This document shows, in pieces, positions 49,370 through 61,619 of a stretch of 64,000 bases of DNA; the first letter of the stretch is position 1; every line of letters starts with the position of its first letter. The stretch comes from Felis catus. Its lineage: Eukaryota. Below the pieces are notes generated by a model. It was given only the letters and a program-made list of their open reading frames with translations. It was not told the origin of the DNA and did not search any database. Both the position numbers and the translations under genes were made by a program. The stretch lies in the NCBI RefSeq assembly GCF_018350175.1, contig NC_058368.1:18726001-18790000 (forward strand). The letters run 5' to 3'.

Positions 49370-50110
49370 AAAAACAAAAGACTTGGCATCATCCAGTGAG
49401 CTGCCCGGTCCTCCCCTCACCACATGTTATGTCTCATGATTATTTATGGGCCTTCTTGCCCCATCTACATGGGCTCTGTCCAGTTTCCAGACCTGCACCC
49501 TGCCCCCAGCACCCCTGCTGCAGCTTCCTAATTGGTCCCCTGTCCATTTCTTCCTCTCACCCTACCCAGTTTGTCCAGTGGGCCTTCTTAAAGCATAACT
49601 CTAATCCTGTTTTTCACGGCTCAGTTCCCTTCAGGGACTCCTCCTGGCTCTTTTACTAAAACCCAGAGCCTGACTCTCTTAGCCCCTAGAGTCCATTTGC
49701 TCAATGCTCGGTAGGCTCCAGCCAAACCTGCTGCTTCCCATTCATGCCTCAGATCCCCCATCTTGGTGTCTTTGTCTTGTGGTTCTCCTTGCCTCTTTCC
49801 TATGTCTCCACATTTCCATCTAGTTCCGACATCTCCACCATCACGAGGCCTTTCCTGACCCATATCTGGGACAGACGTAGACACGGCTGTTCGCGTATCT
49901 CGGCTCTGCTAGGGCTCTAGGTATTACCAAATGGGATAGCCATCACTTTTTGCCTTGCAGAATGAGTATGTTGGGTCTGTTCACTTCCCCTGCGAGACCA
50001 TGGGTTTCTTTCAGGTGGAGACCGTATCTGATTCATTTCGTGTGTGTGTGTGTGTCCTCACAACTCCTTACACATATCAAACGTTCAACATTTTTAGAAT
50101 GTCTATATTG
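49370..50110 (+). mobile_element. L2 3' region
   Basis: cagcttcctaattggtc, gaggcctttcctgacc. Confidence 0.65.
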
Positions 50111-50382
50111 CAAAATGAATAAGCTCCACATTAAGATGTCTCCTAGGCAAAATTATAAATTGGAGCAAACTTGTCTTTGGTGTCTCCAGCCTGCCTACTC
50201 AGTGGTCCTCCCCTCTAGGAGCTATGCCTCCCCACATAGTTACCCAGTAACTTCACACCTACTTGTCCAAACAGAACATAGTTTTGGAAAAAGACCTGAT
50301 AAATCCATACACACTACTGTATAAACTCTTTTCCTGAGAAGCACTTCTTTCGTTAACAGAAGATAAAATCAAAGAATGTATC

Positions 50383-50818
50383 TGTTCTGGGTTGAATGGT
50401 GTCTCCCCAAAAGTCATGGCCCCTCAGAACCTCAAATTGTGACCTTGTCTGGACATAGGGTCTTTGCAGCTGTAACTGTTAAGATGAGGTAATACTGGAC
50501 TGGGTTGGGTCCTAAATCCCATAACTGGTGTCCTGATTAGAAGTCCATGAGAGATACAGAGACAGAGGGAAGACAGCCAGGTGAAGTACACAGGGCAGTG
50601 AGGCAGCTACAAGCCAAGGAATACCACAGAGTGCCAAAGGCCACCAGAAACCAACAAAGGGCAAGGAAGCATTCTCCCCTAGAGCCTTCAGAGGGATTGT
50701 AGCCCTGCCAGCATGTTGATTTCAGACTTCCAGCCTCCAGAACTCTGCGGGAGGGCATCTCTGCTGTGTTGAGCCACACAGGCACGCAGGTCCTTTGCTA
50801 ACCCGGGAAATGAAAACA
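50383..50818 (+). mobile_element. MaLR solo LTR (MLT1C-like)
   Basis: tgttctgggttgaatggtgtctcccc...gcagctacaagccaagga...ttctcccctagagccttcagaggga. Confidence 0.9.
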
Positions 50819-51130
50819 ACATCTGAAATGCTGGATTCTCGGGCACCACTTCACCACTTAATCCTGGGAGAAGATTTCAGGGCCCCAGGAGAGACCGACA
50901 CCACCTAGCCTACCTGTCCCAACCGTGGGGCATGGCAGGGGAAAATAAGGAGCAAGACTGAGATGCGGGTGAACTCGTGATCATCACTACTGACACCTTG
51001 CAAAAACGTGAAGAGCTGTGACGCCCACTTCTTTCTGCACCGGCTGTGTTCGGCTGCCTGCTGGTGGGGGCGGGGGGGGGGGGAGCTGAGACCAAAGTCA
51101 GGAGCAGGGCTGTGAATACACGAATTAATG

Positions 51131-51278
51131 CAGTGGCTATCAAATTTTGGGGTCATCGATCCCTTTGGGAACATGGTACGATCTAAGGACCCTCTCCTAA
51201 GAAATACATGCACATATCCACCAACATTTGCAAAAACTTTCAGAAGTTTCACAGATTCCCTAGGGTAAGAGCCTTTGA
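51131..51278. mobile_element. hAT-Charlie MITE (MER103/MER117 group)
   Basis: cagtggctatcaaattttggggtc...ggaccctctcctaagaaatacatgcac. Confidence 0.65.
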
Positions 51279-51369
51279 TCATCTAATACAGGAATGATGT
51301 GGCTAAAGTTAAACTTACAGAAGATACGCACTTCCAACGATGGTGAGTAGTTTGGTGTCTGTATACACG

Positions 51370-51560
51370 TGTTCAATGAAGGGTATGAGCACCAAATCCT
51401 TGGCATCAGATAGACCTTGAGTCAAATGCCAGCACTCCCCTTGACGAGGAAATGCCCTAAAATCTCTCAGCAGCAGGTGTCTCGTCTGGAAAATGAGGGA
51501 TAGTAACATCCACCTCCCAGGGCTACCGTGAGAATGAAATGAAGTAGTGTAATGTCAGTT
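51370..51560 (+). mobile_element. MIR
   Basis: ctcgtctggaaaatgagggatagtaacatccacctcccagggct. Confidence 0.75.
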
Positions 51561-53539
51561 ACAGGCTCCAAAATGCCCCGGACCGCCCCTTCATAAGGCT
51601 TCTCTCCCTTGTAATCATTTAAATAAGCAGTTGTTCAGTGGCTGTCCACCGCCACCCCCCCCCCCCCAAGGGATTATAAGCTTTGGGAGAGCTCTATTCA
51701 CAACTGTAGTCCCAGGGGCTCTATCATTGTTGACAGGATTGCAATTTTGCTCAGCACGGTGCCTGGTGCATGGTATAGGCTTAATAAATAATGGCTCCTA
51801 TTAACAGCCAACTCAAACTGATAAAAACAGGGAAAAATATCTAGTCCACGAAAGGTTATCTGCCAAAAGCTTCGACCTCAGAAATGTACTGAGAAAATAA
51901 GTGGAAGAGGAACAAACGTTGTGTCCTCTGTTGCCATCCCTAAGCAAAGAAGTAGGGGCTTCAGAGATTCGGAGTCTACCCCTCCTACAGTCTACCAGGA
52001 AATGAGATTCTTCCCCTAGTTGGGGTCCACACAGCAGCTTTTGAAACTCAACACGATCTGCGAGTCTGAATGAACAAGACACCAACTGCTGAGTGGGAGG
52101 CAACATGATCTGTGGCTAGAAGCCTAGTCCTTGCCCAGAAAGGTGTTACTTTTGATCTCCTTCAAGTATGATCAAGGTGGGTGAAGTGGTAGCTGTTGGA
52201 AGGCTGGGTGAGGTATGGGTTGGCTGAGTCAGTGCTGGCCAGGTTCCCCTTGGGAAATTCCCATGGGGAGGGGAGCGGGTGGCAGTTGTCAGCTGGGAAA
52301 TTAACCAGGTGTGACCTCAAGATCAATGGGGAGATTATACTCTGCCTGTGGAAAAGCCTGGGTCTAATTAATGGATAGGACGCTGGGGTGGAAGTGAGAT
52401 CTTGTGTTTGGAATGAAGTCCTTCGCCTTGGCTCTCTTGGTTTCCAAATGATACTATTTCCTACCTGTCTAGCTCATAGGAATACTGTTAAAATAAATAA
52501 AATGATAAACACACACTTTGAAAAACTGAAAAGTACTTACAAAGTAGACAAATGAAAAATTATAAAATAATAGAGTGGGTTTTCATAGTGTGGTAGTTTT
52601 ATAAGCAAAAAAGATTATAATAAAAATACTACTGAAAAATCTTCATGCATGGCATTATTACTATTATTATGATTATTATTATTATTATTTGCCTCCACTT
52701 TGCACCAAGGAACAGATTCCCTAATTTTAGAGACTAGACCCCCAGCCAAGGAATCGGATCCTTGGGTGATCCCTGTGGCCAGCAGATCCAAAGGAGCAAA
52801 CAAATGTTAAGAGGCCAACCCAACGATAAAAAGATGTCTTAAGCTTCCTCCCATATCCTCATCTTTAAAATAAACACACATTTCAAGTTCTCAACCCAGG
52901 TCCTAAACACAGACTGGTAAATAAATCTGCATAAAAGGATTAAAGGATAGAAGTTCACGGTGAGGTGGGACCCCATGAAAGAAATCTAATGACAAGAGCT
53001 CATTCCTTCCAGACACAGATAAACTCCCAGGACAAACTTCTCCCGCAACACAGCTCCTGCCCTCTGGTTGAGTGACTGACTGCTGCGATACAAGACAAAG
53101 GATTCTTTCCCAAGACCGGAAAATGAGCAGCTTTTAATTAGAAATGATCGTCATTTTACCAGACATCAACTATGCACTATTAGTTTCCAACCCTCTAACT
53201 GTGTTATTTCTAACCCAGTTTACAAATGAGATTGAATGGACGCAGATGACATATAAGATCGTTCTCCTTAAGGAAGGTGGCCCAGGGTTTGAACCACGGC
53301 CTGCTTGCTCTATAGGCTCACCCTTCCTTCAGCCACAGTCTCTTACAGGGAAACCCAGCACACCTGGGAGGATGAGCATACTAAGATGGGGGTCCAGCCG
53401 GGCATTTTTGCAGGCTGGCCTATGCCTCTTCTCTAAACTAGAACACTTAACACTGCCGATGCTGAACTAGACAACCCCTTATTTAAGCTTCTATCCAGTA
53501 AGATGAAAACTGAAAAAACCAGACATGAAAAAAAAAGGT

Positions 53540-54130
53540 ATTTTAACTTTTTATTATGGAAAAAGTTCAAACACTCCCGAAAGTCAAGAAAGTGGTATAA
53601 TTTAAGTCCCCTGTACCATGACCCAGATCCATCTACTATCGACATTCTGCTATCATTGTGTTATTGAGTCCTCTCACTTTCTGGAGTATTTTAAGCCATT
53701 CCCAGACCTTATATTATCCTATCCGTAAGTATTTCAGTATTGATCCTAATATATAAAGACTTAACATGACAACAGATCCATTGCCACTCTTAAGAAAAGC
53801 AATAATTGGGGCGCCTGGGTGGCTCAGTCGGTTAAATGGCCGACTTCGGCTCAGGTCATGATCTCATGGTCCGTGAGTTCAAGCCCCGTGTCCAGGCCGC
53901 TCAGAGCCTGGAGCCTGCTTTGGATTTTGTGCCCCCCCACCACACCGTCCCATGTCTGCCAGTCCCCAACTCGTGCTCTGTCTTGCTCCGTCTCTCAAAA
54001 ATAAATAAATGTTAAAAAAATTTTTTTAAAAAGAAAAGCAATAATAATTCCTTAATATTGTTTCTTAATGTACTCGATTTTCCCCAATTGTCTCTAAAAT
54101 GTCTCTTTCAGTTAAGTTACTGAATTCAGT
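53540..54130 (-). mobile_element. L1MC4/5-like 3' end split by a SINE
   Basis: ttttattatggaaaaagttcaaaca, ctggagtattttaagc, aataattccttaatat. Confidence 0.7.
53808..54029 (+). mobile_element. Can-SINE
   Basis: 15-bp TSD aagaaaagcaataat. Confidence 0.95.
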
Positions 54131-54767
54131 CCCCATTCTACAGAAATCTGGTCGTTTCAGTCCTATACAATTTCTTTTTTGGGAAAAAAAAATGTCATAA
54201 GTAAGGGAACACTATAGGTGGGTGGTCAAAGACGTTCCTTCCATGATGAACTCAGGCAGCGAGAACTCAGGCATTATCCAAGCAGTGTACTTCATGTGGG
54301 TTGAAATCATTCCAGTGTTAGGAATTGATTCCCATCTCCACTGCAGGCACAGGGTGGATTTTCATTGTAATGAACAATGCGTGGACGGATGAGGGAAACA
54401 GAATGTGCGTGGAACGGGTGAGAAGTGAACTCTGTGACCACCTCAAGAGTCCATGTGGTTGCTCTGAAGTAAAAGAAGTGTTTCTTAAAAATAAATAAAT
54501 GAATAAATTTATGCAGCACTAACAATAACTGCAAACTCTCAGCTGAAATATGCAAATACTTTATAAAGAATAAGTTTGATCCTCTCCTTCTTTTAGAAAA
54601 CAAGAAGTGTGGTGAAGTCATTTTGTGTTTTGTAACTAACACAAGAGAAAATGAGTAACAGATAAACAATATTTGCACTCCCTCTGGGCCTCAGTTTCTT
54701 TAGCTTCAAAATGGCGGTGTTGAACATGGGAGTGATGACCCATAAAAAGCTCCTCCTGTTAACCATC

Positions 54768-55175
54768 TGTGGTGGGTACTGAGCTGTGCCACTACATACC
54801 CCCTTCAAGACTGGGACACTCCTTCCCCAGGTGGCCTGGAGCCTTGACTGCTGCTGATTCACAGCCGAGTCCCTCCCGAGAATCTACTCTTGGCTCAAAT
54901 TCGTATCTCTTTTCTAGGGGTCGCCAACAACCGTTGACTAGATGATGAGGAAAGTATTAAGGCCCTGGCCACACCCCTCAACAGAGAAAACCCTAAAGAG
55001 CATCCTCTTTTAGGATTGCCATGAGTTCTGTTGCCACTGCATCACAGTCCAGCATCTCCTTCTGTCCAGTCCCACCCCCGCCCTTTAACCTTAACAGGTA
55101 ATGTCTGAAGGAGTGCTCCCCAATAAACCTCCCCACACAGCTTCAGAGTCCGTTTCCTGGAAACTGACCTACAGT
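54768..55175 (+). mobile_element. ERVL solo LTR (LTR16-like)
   Basis: tgtggtgggtactg...cccccttcaagactg...ctccccaataaacctcc...cagagtccgtttcctggaaac. Confidence 0.8.
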
Positions 55176-55509
55176 AGTATCTGTGATTCCGTGATGTACA
55201 GGTCATCAGCTGGGGCCCTGGTGCACTTACCTGACTCCTTAACCCCAACATCGATGGCTGAAGTGCAACTGACAACAGTCAGGAAGTAGGTGGCTCCCTT
55301 TTGAATATAAGAGTTCTGAGGCCACAAAAGCTGAGAAAAACACACTCAGACCAAGTTAGCAACCCAAATTCCTCAAGGGTCAGATTATTTTCACCATCCT
55401 GTGCAATTAAAACTGTCATCCACAGTTGTGAACCCAGAAAGAGTGATTAGCAAAACTACTGGAAAATGATAAGGCTGACAATATTTGCACATAATAATCA
55501 ACACAACAG

Positions 55510-55900
55510 TCAGGGTGAGCTTGTAAAACCAAAGTCAGGTCGCGTCACTCCCTATGCCCAAAACCCTCCAAAGGGAAGCCATGCTTCCTATCTCACTCTA
55601 AATATAATCCCAAATTCCTACCTTGGATCCTAAGACCTAATAGGCTGAATGCCTCTCTGACCTCATAACCTACAACTCTCTCCCTTACTCACTCCGCAAA
55701 AACTAACCCTGGCCTCTTGCTACTGCCTGGACATTCCAAGCCCACTCCTGCCTCGAGGCTTTTTGCCTTTGCGGTTCCTTCCGCCTGAGTGCTCTTCCCC
55801 CAAAGAGCTCCACTCTCACTTCCTTCAGGTCTCCCATGAAATCCCTCTTCCTGCCTTCCTGCCTCTTCCATAGAAGGTTCTTCAAAATAGGTCACACACC
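55510..55900 (+). mobile_element. L2 fragment
   Basis: gtcaggtcgcgtcactccctatgcccaaaaccctcca, ctcctgcctcgagg. Confidence 0.75.
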
Positions 55901-56199
55901 TCCAGAAACACAAAATCTTTCCAAGGATTACCTAGACACTTACACAGTTTGAAGGAAATGCTTTTCAGAGCCTCCTGTTCTACCCGCATCTTTTCTTAAA
56001 CTGTTCGACTTGAGTCTGACCAGGATCGAGTATCTTACAAATTCCCCCTACTCACTCCTCCTTCATAATAAATCTTCCTGCCACTTTACAAAAGAAATAT
56101 TTACTTCTCCCTCATCCCAAATCTAATAATGATGCATTGTCCATGCAGAAACTCCAGCTTGCCTGGTGAAGATCTATCTACTTGAAATGTTGAGTTTGT

Positions 56200-57008
56200 G
56201 TTTGGGAAAGTGCATGATGCTTGCAATTCAAGTAGTTTCTAAATCATTGATTTCAACAAAAGGGAAGGAGTTCCTGATAGAGTTATTCACTCTAGATATC
56301 TAAAAATAATTTCTGATGAAAGATCACCAAGTGATTTTTGGCATTTAACTCAGGAGATCAGAGAATTGAGTGACATTGCTCTAACAGAACCCTTTCACTC
56401 CGATCTGCTTATGTATGCAGACAAGATTTCTTAGCAATTACATCTATAAAAATAAAAAATAGTAACAGAATTGATGGTGACTCTTGTGTCATTCAGGCAA
56501 TAAGTCATATTCAGCCATGGGTATTTGAACTAATTGTGATTTTAAAAGGGGAACAAAGTCTCTTTTATTACAAGATATATTTACAATAAAAATTTTGCTT
56601 CATATTTATAAGAAAGTATTAAGATTTTTAAGCATAAAAATATGTTATATTAAGATAGAATTCTGAGATGGAAATATAAGTTCAAAGAGAAAAAGAAATG
56701 ATAAATATTCCAATAGTTAAAAATGAGCTTGCTTATGTAGTTTTAAAATGGATAATGGTAGTTTTAAAATGGATAAATATAAGAAAAGAAAAATACAGAC
56801 CAATACCTCTCATAAACATAAGCACAAAATATTAGCAAATCAAATACAACTACATCAAATTTGTATGGTATTTAGATTTCAATAGATATATTTTTAAAGT
56901 GATATAATTAATTTTTCAACAAAAGTAGTACTTTCCCCAACATGCAGAAAGTTATATTCTTTATAACTACTAACGATAATATTTAGATATCCATTTAAAT
57001 TGGTGAGA
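56200..57008 (+). mobile_element. hAT-Charlie transposon 3' fragment (Charlie7-like)
   Basis: gaattgagtgacattgct, tacatctataaaaat...agaattgatg, tatggtatttagatt. Confidence 0.7.
56772..56850 (+). repeat. Dispersed direct duplication of 57345-57423
   Basis: First 74 bp identical; 78/79 overall. Confidence 0.97.
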
Positions 57009-59035
57009 GTCAACACAACTAATTCCATGGACATTAAAAGGAATAAAGGAATATTATATAATAATCTATGCCCACAAATCGATAACTTAGATGAAAAGGA
57101 CCAATTGTTTGGAACACACAAGCTAACAAAACTCACACAAAGAAAAATAAATAATCTCAATCTATTTCAAAAACTGAATAAATAATCAATAATCACTAGG
57201 CCCAAATGTTTCACTGGTAAATTCTACTTAATATTTAAGAAAGAAATTATATCAATTCTCTACAATGTCCTCCAGAAAACAGAAGCAGAGGGAATACTTC
57301 CTAATTGATTCTATGAGGCCAAGATTACCCTAATGCTAAAACCAGATAAATATAAGAAAAGAAAAATACAGACCAATACCTCTCATAAACATAAGCACAA
57401 AATATTAGCAAATCAAATTCAACAGTGTATAAAAGGAATTATACAGCATAACCAAGAAGGGTTTCTTCTACATACGTAAGTCTGTTTCAGCATTCAAAAA
57501 TCAATGTAACCTACCACATCAAAAGACTAAAGAACAAATACATGATTTTATCAATTGATGGGGAAAAAGCATTTGACAAAATCCAACACTCAACTCTCAG
57601 CAAACTAGGAATAGAGAGAAATTTCCTCAACTTGATAAAAAGCATCTACAAAAATCTCACAGCTATTTTATTTAATGGTGAGAAACTAGATGCTTTCTCC
57701 CTAAGATTAGGAACAAGGTGAGAATGTTCCCTTTCACCACTCATAATCGGTATCATACTGGAAGTCTTAAATAATGCAATAATATAGAAAAAAGGAAATA
57801 AAAAGCATGCAGATTGTGAAGGAAGAAATGGAACTTTGTTTGCAGATGACATGATTGTCTATGTAGAAAAATCCCAAAGAATTGCTAAAAATCTCTTAGA
57901 ACTAATAATTGAGTATAGCAAGTTTGCAGGACATAAGCTTAATATAGAAAAGTCAATTGTTGGGGTGGGTGCCTTGGTGGCTCAGTCAGTTAAGTGTCTG
58001 ATTCTTGGTTTCAGCTCAGGTCATGATTTCAAGGTTCATGGGATCGAGTCCTGCATCAGGCTCTATGCTGACAGCATGGACCCTCCTTAGGATTCTCTCT
58101 CACTCCCTCTCTCTGCCCCTCTCCTGCTCTAAATAAATAAGTAAATAAATAAATAAATAAGCATTAAAAAAAAAAAAAAGAAAAGGCATTTGTTTTCCTA
58201 TTCCAGCAATTAGCAACTGGAATTTGAAGTTTAAAAAAAAAATCATCTACAAAAGCACCAAAAAGAAATGAAACATTAGGTATAAATTTAACAAATTATA
58301 TTCCTTGTCTATATGCAGAAAACTATAAAACTCTGATGAAAGACATCAAAGATCAAGATCTTTCATGAATTGAAAGACTCTATATTGTCAAGATGTCAAT
58401 TCCTCCCAAACTGATCTATAGATTCAATGCAACCCCAAATAATATTCCAGCAAGCTTCTTTGTAGATATTGACAAAATGCCTCTAAAGTTTATATGGAAA
58501 GGCAAAGACAGAACAGCCACCACAATATTAAAGAAAAAGAACAAATTTAGAAGACTAGCACTGTCTGATTTCAAGTCTTACAACAAAGCTACAGTAATGA
58601 AGACAACAGGGTATGGGCAAAAGAATAGACACATACACCAACAGAACAGAATACACAGCTCAGAAATAGACCAATACAAATATAATCAGCGGATCCTTGA
58701 CAAAGGAGTATAGGTAATCCAGTGGAGAAAGGACAGTCTTGTCAACAAATGGTGCTGAAAGAACGGAACATTCATATACAAAAACACAGACCTAGATATA
58801 GACTTTTTACCTTTGACAAAAATTAACTCAAAATAGAATCCAGACCTAAATGTAAATGCAAACAAATGTGCAAAACTGCTAGAAGAAAATATAGATGAAA
58901 ATCTAAGTGATCTGGGATTTAGCAATGAGTTTTTAGATGTAACACCAAAGCATGATTCAAGTGAGAAAACAAATGATAAACTGGGCTTTATTAAAGTTAA
59001 AAACTGTGAAATACGCTGTTTAGAATATTGAAAGA
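57009..59035 (+). mobile_element. Decayed L1 ORF2 (RT region)
   Basis: LFADDMIVYVE and SIPPKLIYRFNATP remnants in the ORF track; many frameshifts. Confidence 0.93.
57967..58180 (+). mobile_element. Can-SINE inside L1
   Basis: Degenerate TSD agaaaag.ca.ttgt. Confidence 0.93.
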
Positions 59036-59036
59036 T

Positions 59037-59168
59037 GGGGTGACTGGGTGTCTCGGTTGAGCATCCAGCTCTGAATTTTAGCTCAGGTCATGATCTCATG
59101 GGTTCATGGGACTGAGCTCTCTAACCCCTCTCCCTCTCTCAAAATAAATAAAATAAACTTTAAAAAAA
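59037..59168 (+). mobile_element. Internally deleted or chimeric Can-SINE
   Basis: Head joined directly to a short CT tract and tail; no TSD. Confidence 0.85.
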
Positions 59169-59174
59169 TCAGTT

Positions 59175-59912
59175 AGGAGGTTGGGGGACACCAGGATGGA
59201 ATTCAGAATGTGATAAAACAATCTAACTGTATCATGAATGTATAAAATGACCTCACTTAAAGGGGTGTGGGGAGATGTTGTCCTAATAACTTTGGAAAAG
59301 AGTGGAATCTGTAGGACTAAAGGCAAAAGAAATTGCTAAGCACGATACATTAGTGGTTAAAGCTGCTTCCCACATGGGTACAGGATAACAATTTTGATAT
59401 TTCTATATATCTATACCAGAATTAAACAATTAAGTAAATGAATGGTGGATGATAGAGGTGCCTGGGTGGCTCGTCTGTTAAGCGTCTGACTCTTGGTATC
59501 AGCTTAGGTCATAATCTCACAGTTCATGGATTCAAGCCCCACGTCAGGCTCTGAACTGTCAGTGCAGAGCAAGCTTGGGATCCTCTCTCTCCCTCTCTCT
59601 GCCCCTCCTCCACTCGCACTCTCTCTCAAAATAAATAGATACACTTAAAAAAAATGAATGGTGGATGATGGGAGCCAGGCTACTGTTATACACAAGCAAG
59701 GGGAGTGATTCATGAGGTAATGGACTAGCATTGGAGATACCAACACAAACTCATGTTTGGCCTAATATGGATGCATATGGTTGTACAGAGAATTGTTATT
59801 GGTACGTTTATGTGCATGGCTTAGTATACACACATCTATTTCCTGCTCTGTCACCTTAGATGAGTGATGACACACAGAGGCAACAAGTACACCCAGTACC
59901 CAGATCTCGGCT
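59175..59912 (+). mobile_element. L1MC3/L1MD-like 3' UTR
   Basis: ccaggatggaattcagaatgtga...atctaactgtat, gactaaaggcaaaag. Confidence 0.8.
59454..59651 (+). mobile_element. Can-SINE
   Basis: Perfect 18-bp TSD aaatgaatggtggatgat. Confidence 0.96.
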
Positions 59913-59914
59913 TC

Positions 59915-60440
59915 ATTTTTTTAAAGGTCAAACTGACAAATAAATCATAAAATATTTGAAGTGTACCATGTGATGACAGGGGATATGTATACATTGCGAG
60001 ACGAATACCCTCTCCTTGAGCTAATTAACACATCCTCACATACTTTGGGGTTTTTTGTTGTTGTTGTTTTTTTGGTGAGAACATTTTTCTATTCACTTAG
60101 CAAATCTCAATTGTACGACACAGGGCTACCAGTTACAGTCACCATGTTATACATTAGATCCTTAGGCCATATTCATCTGATAACTGGAAGTTTGTCATCT
60201 TTTACCAGCCTCTTCCTATTTCCTCCACCCCCATCCCCTGGTGACCACTTTTCTACTCTCCATTGGCTTTAATCAGTTTTTCAAATTCCACATTTCAAAT
60301 TCCACTGCATGATGCCATGCAGTGTTTTTCTTTCTCTTTCTGGCTTATTTCACTTAGCTCACGCCCTCCAGGTTTACTCATGTTGTCACTAATAGCAGTG
60401 TTCCCTTTTTTTTTTTTTAAGTTTGAATAACATTACATTG
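59915..60440 (-). mobile_element. L1MA-like 3' UTR
   Basis: gtcaccatgttatacattagatcc, ctggcttatttcacttagc. Confidence 0.85.
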
Positions 60441-60590
60441 TAACCATAAGAAAAAAATTTTGTAACTATGGTGACAGAAACTAACTAGACTTATTGTGAT
60501 GATTATTTTGCAATATGTACAAATACCAAATCATTATGTTGTACACGTGAAACTAATAAAATGTTATATGTCAATTATACCTCAATAAAA
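60441..60590 (+). mobile_element. L1 3' terminus (L1_Carn-like)
   Basis: aatgttatatgtcaattatacctcaataaaa. Confidence 0.85.
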
Positions 60591-60602
60591 ACCCTTACCT
60601 CA

Positions 60603-61619
60603 GTTAGCCTACAAAATGGGAGAATATATTTGCAAAAGGCATATCTGATAAGGAGTTAGTATTCAAAATCTATAAAGAACTTATCAAACTCAACACCCAA
60701 AAAACAAATAACCCAGTGAAGAAATGGGCAGAAGACATGAATAGATACTTTTCCAGAGAAGACATCCAGATGGCCAACAGACACATGAAAAGATGCTCAA
60801 CGTCACTCATCATCAGGGAAATACAAATCAAAACCACAATGAGATACCAACTCACACCTGTCACAATGGCTAAAATTAACAACGCAGGAAACATGTTGGC
60901 AAGGATGCAGAGAAAGGGGAACACCCATGCACTGTTGGTGGGAATGCAAACTGTTACAGCCACTGTGGAGAACAGTATAGAAGAACTTGAGAACGGTTTC
61001 CTCAAGAAACTAAAAATAGAAGTACCCTATGATCCAGCAATTGCACTATTAGGTATTTACCCAAAGGATGCAAAAATACAGAGTCAAAGGGGTGCATGCA
61101 CCCCAATGTTTATAACAATAGCCAAACTTTGGAGATAGCCCAAATGTCCATCAACTGATGAATGGGTAAAGAAGATTTGGCATACATATACAATGGAATA
61201 TTATCCATCCATCCAAAAGAATGAAACCTTGCTATTTGCAGTGATGTGGATGGAGCTAGAATCTATTATGCTAAGTGAAATAAGTCAATCAGAGAAAGAC
61301 AAATACCATATGATTTCACTCGTGTGAAATTTAAGAAACAAAACAGATGAACATATGGGAAGGGGGTGAAGAGAAGAGAGGGAAACAAACCACAAAAAAA
61401 CTCTTAATGATAAAGAACAAACTATGGGTTGATAGAGGGAGGTGGGTGGGAGATAGTCTAGGTGGATGCTGGGTACTAAGGAGGGCACTTATGATGAACA
61501 ATGAGTGTTGTATGTAAGTGATGAATCACTGAATTCTACTCCTGAAACCAATGTTGCACTGTATGTTAACTAACTAAAATTTAACTTTAAAAAAGAGGAA
61601 AAATAAAATAATGCTTAAA
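60603..61619 (+). mobile_element. 5'-truncated carnivore L1
   Basis: ORF 60716-61138 [30 protein letters not shown]; 16-bp TSD aaaaacccttac(c/t)tca. Confidence 0.93.

Noticed and set aside
59915..60590. Opposed L1 3' fragments suggesting a twin-priming inversion
   Set aside because: Both pieces include the same 3' terminal region, so they are independent insertions.
58393..61138. Reverse-transcriptase-like ORFs as an active or domesticated gene
   Set aside because: Frameshifted fragments from several different dead L1 copies.
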